Below are positions 39,344-52,596 of a DNA stretch of 64,000 nucleotides, piece by piece. Positions within the stretch are counted from its first letter, which is position 1, and every line of letters starts with the position of its first letter. Made by a program: the position numbers and the translations under genes. The notes beneath the pieces were generated by a model. It did no database searches. It had not been told where the DNA came from and saw only the letters and a program-made list of their open reading frames with translations. Source of the DNA: Callorhinchus milii. Its lineage: Eukaryota. Location of the stretch: assembly GCF_018977255.1 (NCBI RefSeq), contig NW_024704743.1, forward strand, positions 31,560,001 through 31,624,000. The letters run 5' to 3'.

Positions 39344-39581
39344 TATTTAAAGTGAACACTCTCTCTTTCTGTCTCCTCATATGTTACGTCCTTGTAATAA
39401 AATCTAAGGAAGCACTTTGACTGTCAGCTCACTCTGTGTGTTCTTCTTGGGGCTCAGAACAAAGGAAAATCCATCATTATTCTTTGAGGCCAATGATTAA
39501 TCCTAATAAAGAAAGCTTAAGCGCTCTGAGGTGCAGTCCGGGGTGAAGGGCACTATATATATGCAAGTTGTTGTTGCTCTT
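39344..39581 (+). repeat. 238-bp direct repeat, copy 2
   Basis: Offset of 2183 bp from copy 1. Confidence 0.95.
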
Positions 39582-40859
39582 GGGCATCAAAATTCCTGTG
39601 TTCCTGTGTTGAAATAATCAAAACAAATTTACAATTCACAAATCACCTGGGTGCAGAAGAACACAGACGCAGCCTGATAATCTTGAAAAGGTCTTTTTTA
39701 AAAGAAAAATTGCTCATCAAGGTGAAGGATGTCAGTGCTATGAATACATATTCTAATTTTGACATAATACAGGACTTGCAGGTTATGTCTAGCAGACCAG
39801 CAGCAGAGTAAAGGCTAATTCACAGGGCATCAGTTTGGTTCAGTTCGTATCACGATCACCACTGGGTCAGAAGGTTGTTTGTTCAAGCTTAACATCTGGG
39901 TTTTTGACTCACAGGTCAGTACGGGAGAGTGCTGCTGTGTTGGAGGTTTTGTTCTTCAGATAAAACGTTTTCAGTTGTCCTGTATGACAGTTCAGGTGGA
40001 TGTTAAAGATCCCAAAGTTACTATTTGAAACGAGAAGGGAGTTTTTATTGTTTTCGTGGTGAATAATCGTACAGGTAAATTGGTCATTCACTTCATTGTT
40101 TCAGCAACTCCTTCCCTAGTTCGTGGGTAAGACATCTCATTTAACAAATAAGTCTCATAACGCAGACTTTACCAGACAAACTACTGTGTATTTTGTTAGC
40201 ATATTGATGCCAATGAGTACTTTGATCCTCAATTTGATATTTTTCTTTGGTTCTATGAAACAGTGTTTTGTAACAACAAATATAAACAAATGATCTTGTT
40301 ATGAATTTTTTCTACTGTGTATTAATTTTGGCCCACGGGAGTATGGGGGTCACACAGGACTAAATGTTCTCATGTCAACAGTGGGATGCGGAACAAAAGG
40401 TGTCTAATAAAATGGAATCACACAGTGCACTAATAATAAATCTGTGACGAAGCAACAATTACACACTATTTTAGAAGTACACCAAGGACATTGTCAATTG
40501 GAGGGTTGGGGAGGGAAGCGATAAGTTAATAATAATAATCCTTGCATTTGATATAGTGCCTTATCACGCCATTGAGACGTCTCAAAGCGCTTCACAGGAT
40601 ATACTGTAAAGTGGATTGACTGTGTATTTTGTGGGCGAAATGCGGCAGCCAGTTTTGCGCACAGCAGTGTCCCACAAACAGCCATGGAGGGAGTGACCAA
40701 TTTGCAATATTGCGATGAAGTCTTAATTAGGTGTTGTTTACTGTGTATCATGGGCCTACCCACAACTCCCTTGCAAATTGCCACCCTTTTGTTATGCTAT
40801 ACACATTGTGTGATAGAGACACAATCAGATTTTGTTGCATCATAACTCTACATGCTCTA

Positions 40860-41290
40860 AGTGCAGGGCAATTGCATTGTCAGAGGTGCCGTCCTTTGGG
40901 TGAGATGTTAAACTGAGTACCCATCTGCTGGAACTTAACCATCCCATGACACTATTGAGAAAGAGGAGAGAGTTTCTCCCACCATCCAGACCCCCAGTCT
41001 TCCACATTTAAGTCATTCACCCAACTGGAACCTTGCTCTGTGCAAAATACCTGCCGTGTTTTGCCTAAAAAAACAGTCACTACACAATTACTGAACAGCA
41101 TTTGGAGAAGTTTCGCAGCTGTGCAGCAACACACAGAATAAGTATTTCCTCATCTCACGGTTCCCAATTATATCCTACTTTTCACGCCTACACAACACAG
41201 TCACTGCACTTTACAGTAGATCCTGTGAAGAGTTTTCAGACGTCCTCCTGAGTGAAAGACATTATATGAAATGCAACAATTATTAGTGTT
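40860..41290 (+). mobile_element. Deu-type SINE (family A), diverged
   Basis: gcattgtcagaggtgccgtcctttgggtgagatgttaaac plus tail. Confidence 0.65.
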
Positions 41291-42157
41291 ATTATTTATT
41301 TATCCCTGCAATAATGCCTTCCTAGTAAAGCTTCAGTTTCTATAGGAAACCCTCCATATCAGCACTACTGTTTGGGTCCCAGCCCATGTGTTATTTACTT
41401 GGACATGGACCAACTGCAATATGATTTGCAAAGTGCAGTAATGAGTCCACTTCTATTCTCTGAGCTATTCTCTTCTAATATTAATTGGATTTGCTCTGTC
41501 TTTGCCTCTGTGGGATTCTGATTTTTGGATAAAACTGTCAGTTTGAGGCAAATGTCAGGCCTATATTTGAAACATTGCAAATGAAAATGGGAACAATATT
41601 ATCTGGTTTCTGTATTACCTGTGTGTCTTGTATTCTATGCCCAATGTGGCAGCATGCTGAACACCCCCCTCCCCCACCTCACCCCCAGGAACCTATTAAC
41701 TTAATGAGAAAACATTCAGTTCTACAATGCTCCTCACCCTGGCGGTTGTTATTTAGTGTAGGTTTTGTGGGAATGTGCTGGCTTTCTCCTGGGACTTTTA
41801 ATTTCCGTTACTCTAATGAGCTGCAAAGATCCAAAGGCTGGTGGTGTTCTTTCTCAACTCTCTGTGATACACATAATGAGGAAACTGATAGGTGCCTGGG
41901 AGACTAGATGGCTCTAGGCACATCAACGGCCTGATAACACTCCACACCAGTCCTGCCACAGTGAAACTGCTAACATTCCCATTCTAATTGTTCATCATGG
42001 TGCATCATATAGCAGATGTCACATAATGCCAGCTGCAGTTTAAATATCAACAGCACAGAATAGCCCTGCTCCTCTATCAATCTGCGCTTGTTTCATTTAA
42101 AGAGAAATGGCTAATAATTTGGAACAGCCATTGTTTGACATTGTAAAGTCCAGTTAA

Positions 42158-42260
42158 GCACAGTCCTGTGTTATGCACAGTCCTGTTAGTCAGCCTGTGT
42201 TATACACAGTTCTGGGTTAGTCAGCCAGTGTTATACTCAGGCCTGGTTGTCAACCTGTGT
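42158..42260. repeat. Minisatellite, about 30-bp unit, about 3.5 copies
   Basis: cctgtgttatgcacagtcctgttagtcag / cctgtgttatacacagttctgggttagtcag / ccagtgttatactcaggcctggttgtcaa. Confidence 0.75.
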
Positions 42261-42885
42261 CGAGCCTCACTCACACATTAGGTGTGGGGATCAGATATTT
42301 TACTCGTTCTGCCTCACCTTTGTTTCCACCCACCAGCTGTAACTGCTGATGTAGAAAAGTTCAGTTTTCTGCTGATATACATAAAAAACCTTTAAAAAAA
42401 TGCTCACTTGCAGCGAATGTTGAAGAACCCAGAGGTACAAGAGAAAACAAACCAATGAAAGAAAGTTGTTAAAAAGGATTATGAGGCACTGGGGCAGAAA
42501 CACCTGGAGAAGTTGAATTATGCTTGCCTACACTCCCCAGAACACCTCAAAGAAAACTGCCACTTAGTTCACTTCACCCCATGAAAACACATCTCCTGTT
42601 GGCTAAACCATGGATTGCTGGTTATGTCAGGAGTCTGTGCTCGCTTTTGCTCACCTTGGGAGACCTAGGAAGTTTCACAAGTTTAGGTGTGGAATTTACA
42701 GTTTCCAATTTCATCTGACAATCTCACACATACATTGTTATAACATGCACCTGAACCATCCCCTCTGAACATTTCTGAGATGATCTGATTGATGGCAAGA
42801 GGGAAGAATGTAGAGAGACAACCTCAGAAGGAGACTCTCTGATGTAGCAGTCTTTTGTGCAATCAGAGAGTGAAATATGTAGGAG

Positions 42886-43020
42886 ACGACAACAAAAACT
42901 TGCATTTATATAGCGCCCTTCACGCTGGGCAGTGTCTCGGGGTGCTTAATAGTGGCAGAGCCTAACACCGAGCTGAGGGGAGGGCGGAGGTGACTGTAAG
43001 CATGGTCACCTCCTGCCTCC
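42886..43020 (-). mobile_element. L2 3' end
   Basis: Reverse complement of the L2 tail (ttgcatttatatagcgcccttcacg). Confidence 0.65.
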
Positions 43021-43061
<41 letters not shown>

Positions 43062-43300
43062 CGAAAGATAAAAAGAAAAAGAAAATGAATGAGGAGTGGA
43101 AAGGAGAAACAGTATCTGCATTCTGGCAGCAGCATTATATTTATAAAATTCCTGAGTGAACAGAATCCTGCCTTCCTCTGGGTAAAGAGCAGATTAAGGA
43201 CATAGATCAAGGATTTGCCAAGGAATGTTCCTCCATCTGGCCAAAAAAAATTCCTACGTTCTCCAACATAACAGTGTTCAGCCATCTCTTGCATAATAGG

Positions 43301-43695
43301 TGTTAGCTTGGCCCAGATGGTAGCACTTTTTGCCTTTGAGTCAGAGGGTTGTGAAATCAAGCCCCATGCCAAGGCTTGACTGACACTCCAATGCAGTGCT
43401 GGGGATGCGTGGAATTGTTGGAGATGCTGTCACTTTAACTGTTATAATAAGGACCCGTCTGCCTGTTTAGATTAATATTAAAGATTCCATAAATTATATG
43501 AAGAGAGAAGGGACTTTCTTCCAGTGTCCTGACCCACAATCCCCCAAACAAAATTGGTCAGTCAATTGGTGTTTGTGGGACGTTGCTATATGCAAATTGG
43601 CTGCCGTGTTTCATCTACAAAATACACATTACAGTAAATCCTGTGAAGTGGTTTGAGGTGACAAGTGCTCCTGACAAATGCAAGGATTATTATTG
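43301..43695 (+). mobile_element. Deu-type SINE (family A), full length
   Basis: Head, central domain and tail. Confidence 0.8.
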
Positions 43696-44820
43696 TATTA
43701 TATTTTGTCTTACTGTAAGGAGACTTCATCCAACATAATGTTTTTTCTTTGCACTATAGAACTATTGCTCTGGGGATTTCCACCAATAAACAATAATTTC
43801 CTCTGTCACCAATAGGACTGTCACCAACAATCCAATCCTCGTGGGCTGAGCCACAGAATAAGTCCAGATCCCCTTGTATAGACAGAGGATCCTAGTCCAG
43901 AACCTTTCTTGGTGCTCCAATAACCCTAACCGTACCCTCCTTCCAAACATGAGACAACTATTTCACACTACCTTGGTGGCAGACCATTTTTTCCCCTTCA
44001 GGCTTATCATAATTTTGTATACCCCCCAAGCCACCTCCATTTGATCTGCTCAACTAGGATGTAATGTGTTCCTGTTAAAGATTTTCACCTGTTTTAGTTA
44101 TAATCTGTCATAAGTAGAATTCCTATTTATGCTTTTGGAAAAATCTTTCCATCTAGCTGATGAGAAATGTTTGTTCAGCTCTTTGGCCCTAATCTGTTGA
44201 TCTGGACAATTTATTGAAGCAGTACACCAGCAAGCTCAATAACAATAGGAAAAGAATACTAATATTTAAAATGGAAAAATTAGGTTCCATTTTTATGTTG
44301 GATAAAGTGAAATGCTCTATCAATTCTATTAGGATATTAACACTGGGGTGATACCTTTCTGAATGTGTTCCTTGTGCTAATTAAGACAAGGAAGATCTCA
44401 ACTTGGTTGCTTGTCTGACCACTATTGCCATAAAATCTATTCACTTATTCAATCGAGTTAGAACAAGTATTCCCATGACCCAGGTCAGGAAACGAACTTA
44501 ATAGTTGGATTCTTGTGGGAAATTTTTAGAGATGATTTGTAAATGCCAAGTTGGCAAATTCTGCGAAAAAGAACTATGACGAGCGAAATACCAGGAGGGA
44601 AATGACCCAGTATTTTGTTTGCAAGTCTTTGACCGGATTTTGCCGACTTGGAATTTGCAATTCTTTATTTTGAAATCTCTCACGAATTTCGTAATGTGAT
44701 ATTCTCAAAACAGAAGTTGCAATTTGTGCAACAAATTTGTCTTGTTAAAACAGTATACTGGACCCCGGTGTCTTCTCTAAAAACACTGAATTGAGGAATG
44801 TTCTAGACAGGCCATCATGT

Positions 44821-45190
44821 GGAGTCTTTTAGCATAGTGGTTAGAGCACTCACCTCACAAGCGATTCTAGGGCACGATGAAACCTTTGGCAAGTTTCCTT
44901 ACTCCACACGCTTCTGTTTACCCAGCAGTAAATAGGAACACCGTTATTAGTTGATTGGTGGATCACTTTTCAGGGGCTAATGATCCCTCCCCCCAAAAAT
45001 AGTAAAATAATTTGGTCATTCAATCCACAACTGTTTGTGGGACACTGCTGTGTGTAATTGACTGCCGTGTTTCAGCCACAAAATATACCATCAATTCACT
45101 TTACAGTACATTCTGTGAAGCGCTTTGAGACATCTCAGTGACACAATAAGGCTCTATATCAAATACAAGGATTATTATTATTATTATTAT
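44821..45190 (+). mobile_element. Family B SINE, long form
   Basis: Head, middle segment and shared tail. Confidence 0.85.
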
Positions 45191-45216
45191 CGTGGCTGAT
45201 CAGCTCTGTTCACACT

Positions 45217-46407
45217 CAACAACAATACAACTACTTGGATTTATATAGTGCCCTCCACACCAGACGGCATCTCAGAGTGCTTCACAGTAATGGATCCTGG
45301 AGCTGAGCCAGGGGGAGGGGGAGGAAGGTGACCAAAGGCACAGTCGAAAAGAAAGATCTTCAGCAGAGATCTGAAAATAGGAAGAGAGCGGACGAGGCAA
45401 AGGGAGTGAGGAAGGGAGTTCCCAAGCCTTGGGGCATAGGTCACCGATGGTGGAGCAGAGAACTCGGGGGACAATGAGGAGGCCAGACGCAGTGGAGGAA
45501 AGGCAACGGGCACTGTTTTGAGGAGAGAGGGGGTCAGAGAGGTAGGGGTGTGCAGAGGAGTGGAGGGATTTAAAGTCAAGGGTAAGGATCTTGAAGTTGA
45601 TCCTCTCTGGGACAGGCAGCCAGTGCAGTCTGGCAAAGACTGGGGTTATCGGGGAGCGGAGTTTGGTGCCGGTAAGAATGCGGGCGGCAGAGTTTTAGAT
45701 GACCTGGATTTTGTGGATGGTAGTGGAGGGGAGACCGGCGAGGAGGGCATTAGAATAGTCCAGACGAGAGATGACAAAGGCATGGACTAGGGTTTTAGCA
45801 GCTTTTGGAGTGAGGTATTGGTGGACACGGGCGATGCATCGGAGGTGGAAGAAAGTAGTGCTGGTGAGGGATCGGATGTGGGGGAGGAAGGAGAGTTGGG
45901 GGTCGAACCTGATGCCAAGGTTGCGTATGGGTTTGGAGAGTTTTAGGGGGAGGTCGGGTAAGTGGAGGAGGTGAGAACCATGTGATTTTAGACGTTGACG
46001 AGAGCCAAAAAGTATGGCTTCTGTCTTGTCAACGTTCAGCTGAAGGAAATTTGCACTCATCCAGCTCCTGATGTCTGACAGGCAGGCTGACAGAACATCA
46101 GGGGACTGGGGGTCGCAACGTGAGGTGGAAAAATAGAGTTGGGTGCCGTCCGCGTAAATGTGGAAGTGTACCACATGTCTGCGGATGATATTCCCAAGAG
46201 GGAGCATGTAGATCAGAAAGAGGAGGGGGCCAAGGATGGATCCTTGGGGTACCCCACAAGTAATCGGGTGAGAGCGGGAGGAGAAGCCATTTGTGCAGAT
46301 GTACTGCTGGCAGTTTGTGAGAGGACTCGAACCAGGCGAGTGCGGTCCCACGGAGGTGGATGACGGAGGAAAGGCAGTGGAGGAAGATGGCGTGATCGAC
46401 TGTGTCA
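45217..46407 (-). mobile_element. L2 LINE RT fragment (YADD decayed to YADG)
   Basis: ORF 45695-46351 contains GVPQGSILGPLLFLIYM, HIYADGTQLY, FLQLNVDKTE and HAFVISRLDYSN. L2 3' tail present. Confidence 0.9.
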
Positions 46408-46675
46408 GGTACTCACAGGTAAATAATGGGCATTTATCAATGTACCAGAAGGATTTAAATGTCTGATGTGTCAGAACTTAGATGCCTAAAATTTCTCATA
46501 GTCTCAGCTTTAAGACCATTGTTTTAAAATTGGAGTATGCAGAATTTTGCAAAATTCTTAAACTGAATCTTAATTTGGATGCTGATTTTCCCATATTTTC
46601 TTTTTAAGAACGAAGAAACAAACTGCTTCCAAATTGAGATTGCTTTGAAGAATGTTTCAAAATTCTGTACAATTT

Positions 46676-47020
46676 GCAATCATTCTTACATTTGGTATAG
46701 TGCTTTACACGCCGGGAAGATGCCCAAAGTGCTTCACAGGATCTACCGTAGAGTGTCGTGTGTGTTTGTGGGAGAATGCGGCAGCCAGTCTGTGCAAATC
46801 AATGTTCCACAAACAGCCACAAAGTGAATGACCAATTTTATTTGGGGGATTGTGGGCAAGCAGACGCAAAGAAACACCCTTCTATTTTCGAATAGTGCCT
46901 CGGGATCTTTAACATCCACATGAACAGGTAGGGCCTTGGTTTAACCTTTCTTTCGAAGGACAGCACCTCCAAAAATGCGGCACTCCCCCGGCACTGCATT
47001 GGAGGGTCAGCTGAGACTAT
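46676..47020 (-). mobile_element. Deu-type SINE (family A)
   Basis: Central domain and tail. Confidence 0.75.
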
Positions 47021-47717
47021 ATGAGTTCTAAAATTTTAACACTAAGGCTAAGACTATGTGAAACGTTTGGCCTCAGATGCTATAGCAAATAATGCACTTT
47101 AAAGTAGTATTAGTAAATGTTGTGTTCTGCGAATCTTCTAGTTTGATTGTCTACCACTCATCATCCTCTGGTTCAATGCCAGTTTAGCTTTTAGAAATAG
47201 CAGCAGTGAAGATTAAGAAAGGGTGATTAAACCCATGGAAAGCGCTTACAGTGGTGCATTAACTCTTCCATGATTGGAGGATCATTGTAATTTCCACAAT
47301 TATTACTTTACACAGGAATTAATGCTCATGTTCTCCATTGTTGTAACATCCAACGAGAACCCATTTCCTTCCCCCATGTCTTGGCATCTTAATGTGTACA
47401 CCAATATCAATCCACTACCACAACACTTAGTTTCACATTATGTAGTTTTTCCCCCCATATCCTGAAGGTTCCTCTGTGACCCTTGGAATGTCACCTCCTG
47501 CCGAACTTGTTGCCTTTTTTATCTTCTGGAGGCAATTCCCTCAATCAAACGTGGCAAGGCACTGCCTGAGGTTACCAGCACTTCCAGCTGTTCTGAAATA
47601 TGTGCTCTGTCACTCTGTCATTGCACTGCAAAGTTCTGTACTGCACAGCTGGATTCAAGCTCTTGCAGCTATTTTAAGGTTTAATCACCCCATGTCAGAA
47701 CTTAGAATCACATAGTG

Positions 47718-48093
47718 ACATGACACTCCAATGCAGCAAGGGGGTGGGGGGAGGGGGGGCGGGTGCGGGGATGGGGGGTGGAAGGGGGGCGGGGGTTGCA
47801 TTGTCAGGTGAGACATGAAACCGAGGTCCCATCTGCCTGTTCAGGTGGATGTTAGAGATCCCTTGGCACTATTCAAAAAGAGAAGGGAGTTCCTCTACAT
47901 GTCCTGGCCGATAATCCCCCAAATGAAATTGGTCACTCATTCCATGGCTGTTTGTGGGACACTGTTGCGCACAAACTGGCTGTCACATTTCACCCACAAA
48001 ATATACAATTAATCCACTTTACATTATATCCAGTGAAGTGCTTTGAGATATCTTGTGTTAAGGTGCTATATCAAATTCAAGGATTATTGTTAT
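47718..48093 (+). mobile_element. Deu-type SINE (family A) with an expanded G-tract
   Basis: Central domain and tail, with a G-run expansion at 47740-47796. Confidence 0.8.
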
Positions 48094-48427
48094 TTAAACA
48101 TAAATTACCTTTATAATGCACACTTAACACACTTAATCTTGAACTGAATATGTGAAACTTTAAAATTTGCAAGTAATTGTGCACACCCTAAACTTCATTT
48201 ACTATTTGTGCTTCTTGGTGGAAGAAGGACTCAGCTTGTGTCACTGCTGCTGATCACTATCCAATGACTTCCTCTTGTTGCAAAGAGGGCATGTGTGACA
48301 ACTAGATCCTGAGCTCACATTACCTGCTGCCAGGCTCAAGCATGAAGAGTAGCGAACTGGGCAATGTATCCGAGGGCATCTCGGGTACCTGTGGATCTGT
48401 AATCTAGCATGATTCAGTGCCATTAGG

Positions 48428-48676
48428 TAGAGTGACCATATGTCCCCGATTTCTGGGGACAGACCCGAATGAGATATAGTGTGCCTGGCCAAATTTGCCT
48501 TGTCTTGAGTACAGCAACAAACTGAGCAAGAACAATAAAATTCTAAAACAAGTACATTCATCAGAGAAATATAGCCATTAATCCAACAAGCTTCTCCAAT
48601 GCCACATCAGGAATTGTGGTGAATTCAGTCTTTTTTATGTGTTTCTGGATTTGAGTTACAAAATATGGACACTCTA
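48428..48676. mobile_element. MITE with 14-bp terminal inverted repeats (hAT-Blackjack-like)
   Basis: TAGAGTGACCATAT ... ATATGGACACTCTA (one mismatch), with subterminal gtccccgatttctggggac. Confidence 0.6.
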
Positions 48677-50861
48677 GAAGCTGAGGGGATAGGGGGCAAC
48701 TGAGTGGGTAGGGGGGAACGGGAAGGAAACAGAATCAGCTACTCTCTTGGGATAATTTAATTTTTAAAAGTATTGTTGATAGAAATGTTTTGATTTTAGC
48801 ATTGATTAATGAGTTTGTGAGAATAAAGCTCCACCCAGTACTGTGCAGCATGAGTCACAGGTGGCGTTTTAGCTCTTTCATGATTTAATTTGGATAACAT
48901 ATTCATGGACATGTTTTGCAGAATATTTCTCCTATCCCTTTATAATTGGTCAAACAAAAACACACCAAAGAGCTGTTTGAAAACATGCATTTTTCCAAGG
49001 TGTTCCTGTTTTCAACAGTGTTATTTTAGCAACATGGCATCCAGGTTAATTGGCTGTGTTTAGCAAGAGCAACACATATATAAGAAGATTCAACAAACTT
49101 TCCCAAGGGTGCATTCTCCCTCTGGTTCCAAGGGAGGGCGCTCTTTGACTTAGGTAATTGTAAAAGCAACATTAGGACAATAGAAACATAACAAAAGGAG
49201 CAGAAGGGAAGTAAAAGAAACCCTTTATTCCTCATTGCACTATGAATTGTTACACCAGAAATCTCAAGGCAAACAATGAGGTGTGTTAGGTATCTTCTTT
49301 ATTGAGGCTAACTGCACAAGTTATGAATAATGAAACTTTGAATGAATCCAGTTATCTTCAGGAGTGATATGCAGTTCACAACTGGTCATAACGTATTTTA
49401 AATATATTATTCGGCAATTAGAAAACCAAATGCACAATTGTTTTTAAACTACATTATTGTGTTTTTTATAAGGATTTTTTTAATATTGTCAAGCTGTATT
49501 TAAATTGCAGCAGCAATAGCAATAATAAACCTTGCATTTGATATAGCGCCTTATCAAGTCATTGAGACAATAATGCAATACCTTTGCAAACTGTTTTCAA
49601 CATGTATGTACGGCTTATATAGTGAAGTGCATTTTTTTAGTAAAAATTTCAAGATAGTTCTGGCAATGAGACAAGCCCTGTTCTTTCAAAATACTCTATG
49701 TGTAGATTGTTTTGATAATTGAGGATTTTTTATTCCTGGGTTATTGCTTGTGTTATTGACTAGAAACAGTACTCACCCTCCTACTATTCATTTTATACCC
49801 TAGCAACTCCCTACACACCTGTTCAAACAATCTCACTCCATTACATTAATACCAGCTCTACCATTTCTCTTTGTATACAGACATCAACTGCAGTGTTTCT
49901 TTTAACATAATGTGTGTGGAAAACAGATTATGTGCGGCTTTGTCTTGTTTCTTCAATAACATGCTTGCTGTTTACCAAAGACTGGTCCTAAGGGTGGCAA
50001 TTGCCTGTAAGCCACTCCTTTGACTGTCGCAGGTGTTACTCTCTGGCTCTCACACATTTACACAATAAATGACAACTATTGTTTGTTTTGTAACAAACAG
50101 TGCATATACATTAGAATCTCAATATGTAAACACTGACTGTTTCTTTTAAATACGGCATATACTTTTTGCAATCCAGAAAAAATGCCATATCCAAAGAGTT
50201 ATGTATATTCTATCAAAACCATATCCAACTTTCTCCAAACTTCTGCATTACAAGATTAAACATGCTGCTGCCTGGAACACAACACCTACAGTCACTTCAA
50301 GGCAATCAAAATACAATTAATTTAATCTTGAAATAAATTTACAGAGAAATATTATTTCAGAATAGTTGATATATCCAAAAAAAGTTTTTTCTTTAAATGA
50401 TTGATAATGATCTTGACATTTGGTATAGATGATTTTGCGTCTCAAATTGCTTTGCAGGATATAATGTAAAGTGTTATGACCTTGTATTTTGTAAGAATTT
50501 CTAGATCTTGCTGGTTGCTAGTTCTGCTGATCAGGTAAATAAATTCTCATTTGAGTGAATAATGGAAAGAGGTTTGGTTGTAGTTTAATGAAGGTGAGGG
50601 AAACCTTGCCTTTATTGGGTGCAGCACTCATCAGAGCAGAAGTATGCAGAATCAGACCTCCTCAATGAATTTCAGCAATTTCTGGGTAAAGTTCTGCAGT
50701 GATTAACATTTATCCAAGGCAAGATCATTTACAACTCAACACAAAAGAATAATAGGTAGTGGTTATTTTGAAGAGACTGCCAACAACCAGAGATATCTTC
50801 CTAAGTCACTGCTGAAAGATAATGTGTTTGCCTAAATAATATCAGTTACTACACTTCTCCA

Positions 50862-51060
50862 TCTCTTTGCTGCCTTTGACACTGTTGACCACTCTATTCT
50901 TCTTCACCACCTCTCCTCTCAGCTGTACCTTCATGGTTCTGTCCTTGTCTGGTTTGCGTCTTACCTTTCCCATCACCTCCACTTTGTATCCATTAACTGC
51001 TTCCCCTCCAGGCCTCGCACCGTCATGTGTGGCATTCCTCAGGGCTCTGGCCTTGGTCCT
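50862..51060 (+). mobile_element. Internal L2 RT fragment
   Basis: Encodes degenerate [12 protein letters not shown]...GIPQGSGLGP. Confidence 0.7.
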
Positions 51061-51666
51061 TTCCGCTTTGATACCTTGGTCCTCTCCTCTTTAATAGCTA
51101 AATGTAAATCGTGTGGTAGAGTGAGCCAGCTATGTGGTGGCTGTTTTGACTGTTGTGGAAAGATCTCTGTGAGTGGACATTTTAGACATTGCCTTCCGTG
51201 AGGTTCTGCCTGTTTGTTAAAGTCTGAGTGATTCGATTGTCAAAATGAGCAAAATGAACAAAAAAGATTTTATAGGCACAAATGCGCATACATAAATGTA
51301 TATTATACTTAAATTAAACCAGTTTTTAACAAATAAACTGACAGTCATGGAAGTCGGGGCCACTCTGTTACACTGACAGTTGGAGTGATGATATATCAGG
51401 ATTTTACTGTATTGTCACGCAATCCTGAGGGACTGCATGTCACATGCAAACCACAACTAGAGCCGAAATCTCACTGGTCTACGAGAATTCTAAGGGGTTC
51501 CTTTATCAGGGAAGTGCTCAAGGAAGAGCCCCAAAGTCATAAAAGTTTTCTGTGACCTCTAACAGGAGATGAGCTGGTACAAGTACTGGTCAGGGACCAG
51601 CACCAACATCACAGGTACTGATCGCAGCCTCCGGAAGTGCATTCTCCATCATACAATCCCAGGAAT

Positions 51667-51982
51667 ACTACTACTAATAATAATCCTTGCATTTGATATA
51701 GCGCTTTTCACGTCTTCTAGACGTCTCAAAGCGCTTCACAGAATATACTGTAAAGTGAATTGACTGTATATTTTTGGGCGAAACACGGCAGCCAATTGCG
51801 CACAGCAGTGTCCCACAAACAGTCGTGGATTGAAGTGACCAAGTTATTATTGTTCTTTTTTCTTGAAGGATTATTATCAGGCGTGTGGAGTAAGGAAACT
51901 TGCCCAAGGTTTCACCCTGCCGGAAATCGAACCCAGATCTCTCGCTTGCAAAGCGAGTATTCTAACCACTGAGCTACAGGAA
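51667..51982 (-). mobile_element. Family B SINE, short form
   Basis: Collinear with 38660-38985. A-box tagctcagtgg and B-box gggttcgattt. Confidence 0.85.
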
Positions 51983-52239
51983 CCTGCAGTTCCATGAGCA
52001 GAGAGAGAGGATGCCGATGCATATATACAGTGACACCTTTACTTCTTTTTACAGTAATAATCTTCAATTACAGTGACTTGCCATAGTACAGACAGCAACT
52101 TAGTGCAGTGCACAAGGTATAATATAACAGAGTGAGTCTTCCATTCCTTTTTCGTGGTACAAAATTGTATTCTGGAATTCTTCTTATACCTATAAGATGA
52201 CAACGATGATAGATTCTGTAATAGAATATATTGGTCCAG

Positions 52240-52596
52240 TTGGTCTCCTTATCAACCTGTCGGCTCCCTCCCTCAGCAGGCTCTGGCTTGCTCCATGTCC
52301 CCGCTTGGACCACCCCACCATTAGTGGTCTGGCCTTTAGCCTCTCTGCCCACACCCTTTGGAACTTCATCCCGCAGTCCCTTCGCCTTACTCCCTCCCTT
52401 GCCTCCTTCAAGGCATGTCTCAAAACCTTCCTCTTCATCTGTGCCTTCAATCACCCTCCTACGCCTACCCCCCACCCTCGCCCTCAACCCCTCCTGATCC
52501 TAACCACCTGCTCAGGTCCAAATCCCTGACTGTCCAGCACCTTGGGATATCCTCCAGATGTGAAAGGCAACATATAACTATGTAATTGGTTGTTGC
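52240..52596 (+). mobile_element. L2 3' fragment
   Basis: Encodes PTISGLAFSLSAHTLWN...SFKACLKTFLF, followed by the L2 3' UTR and a TTG tail. Confidence 0.8.

Noticed and set aside
42158..42260. CRISPR-like array
   Set aside because: There are no unique spacers or cas genes, and the context is eukaryotic.
805..46407. All four long L2 copies lie on the minus strand
   Set aside because: The sample is too small, and short L2 pieces occur on both strands.
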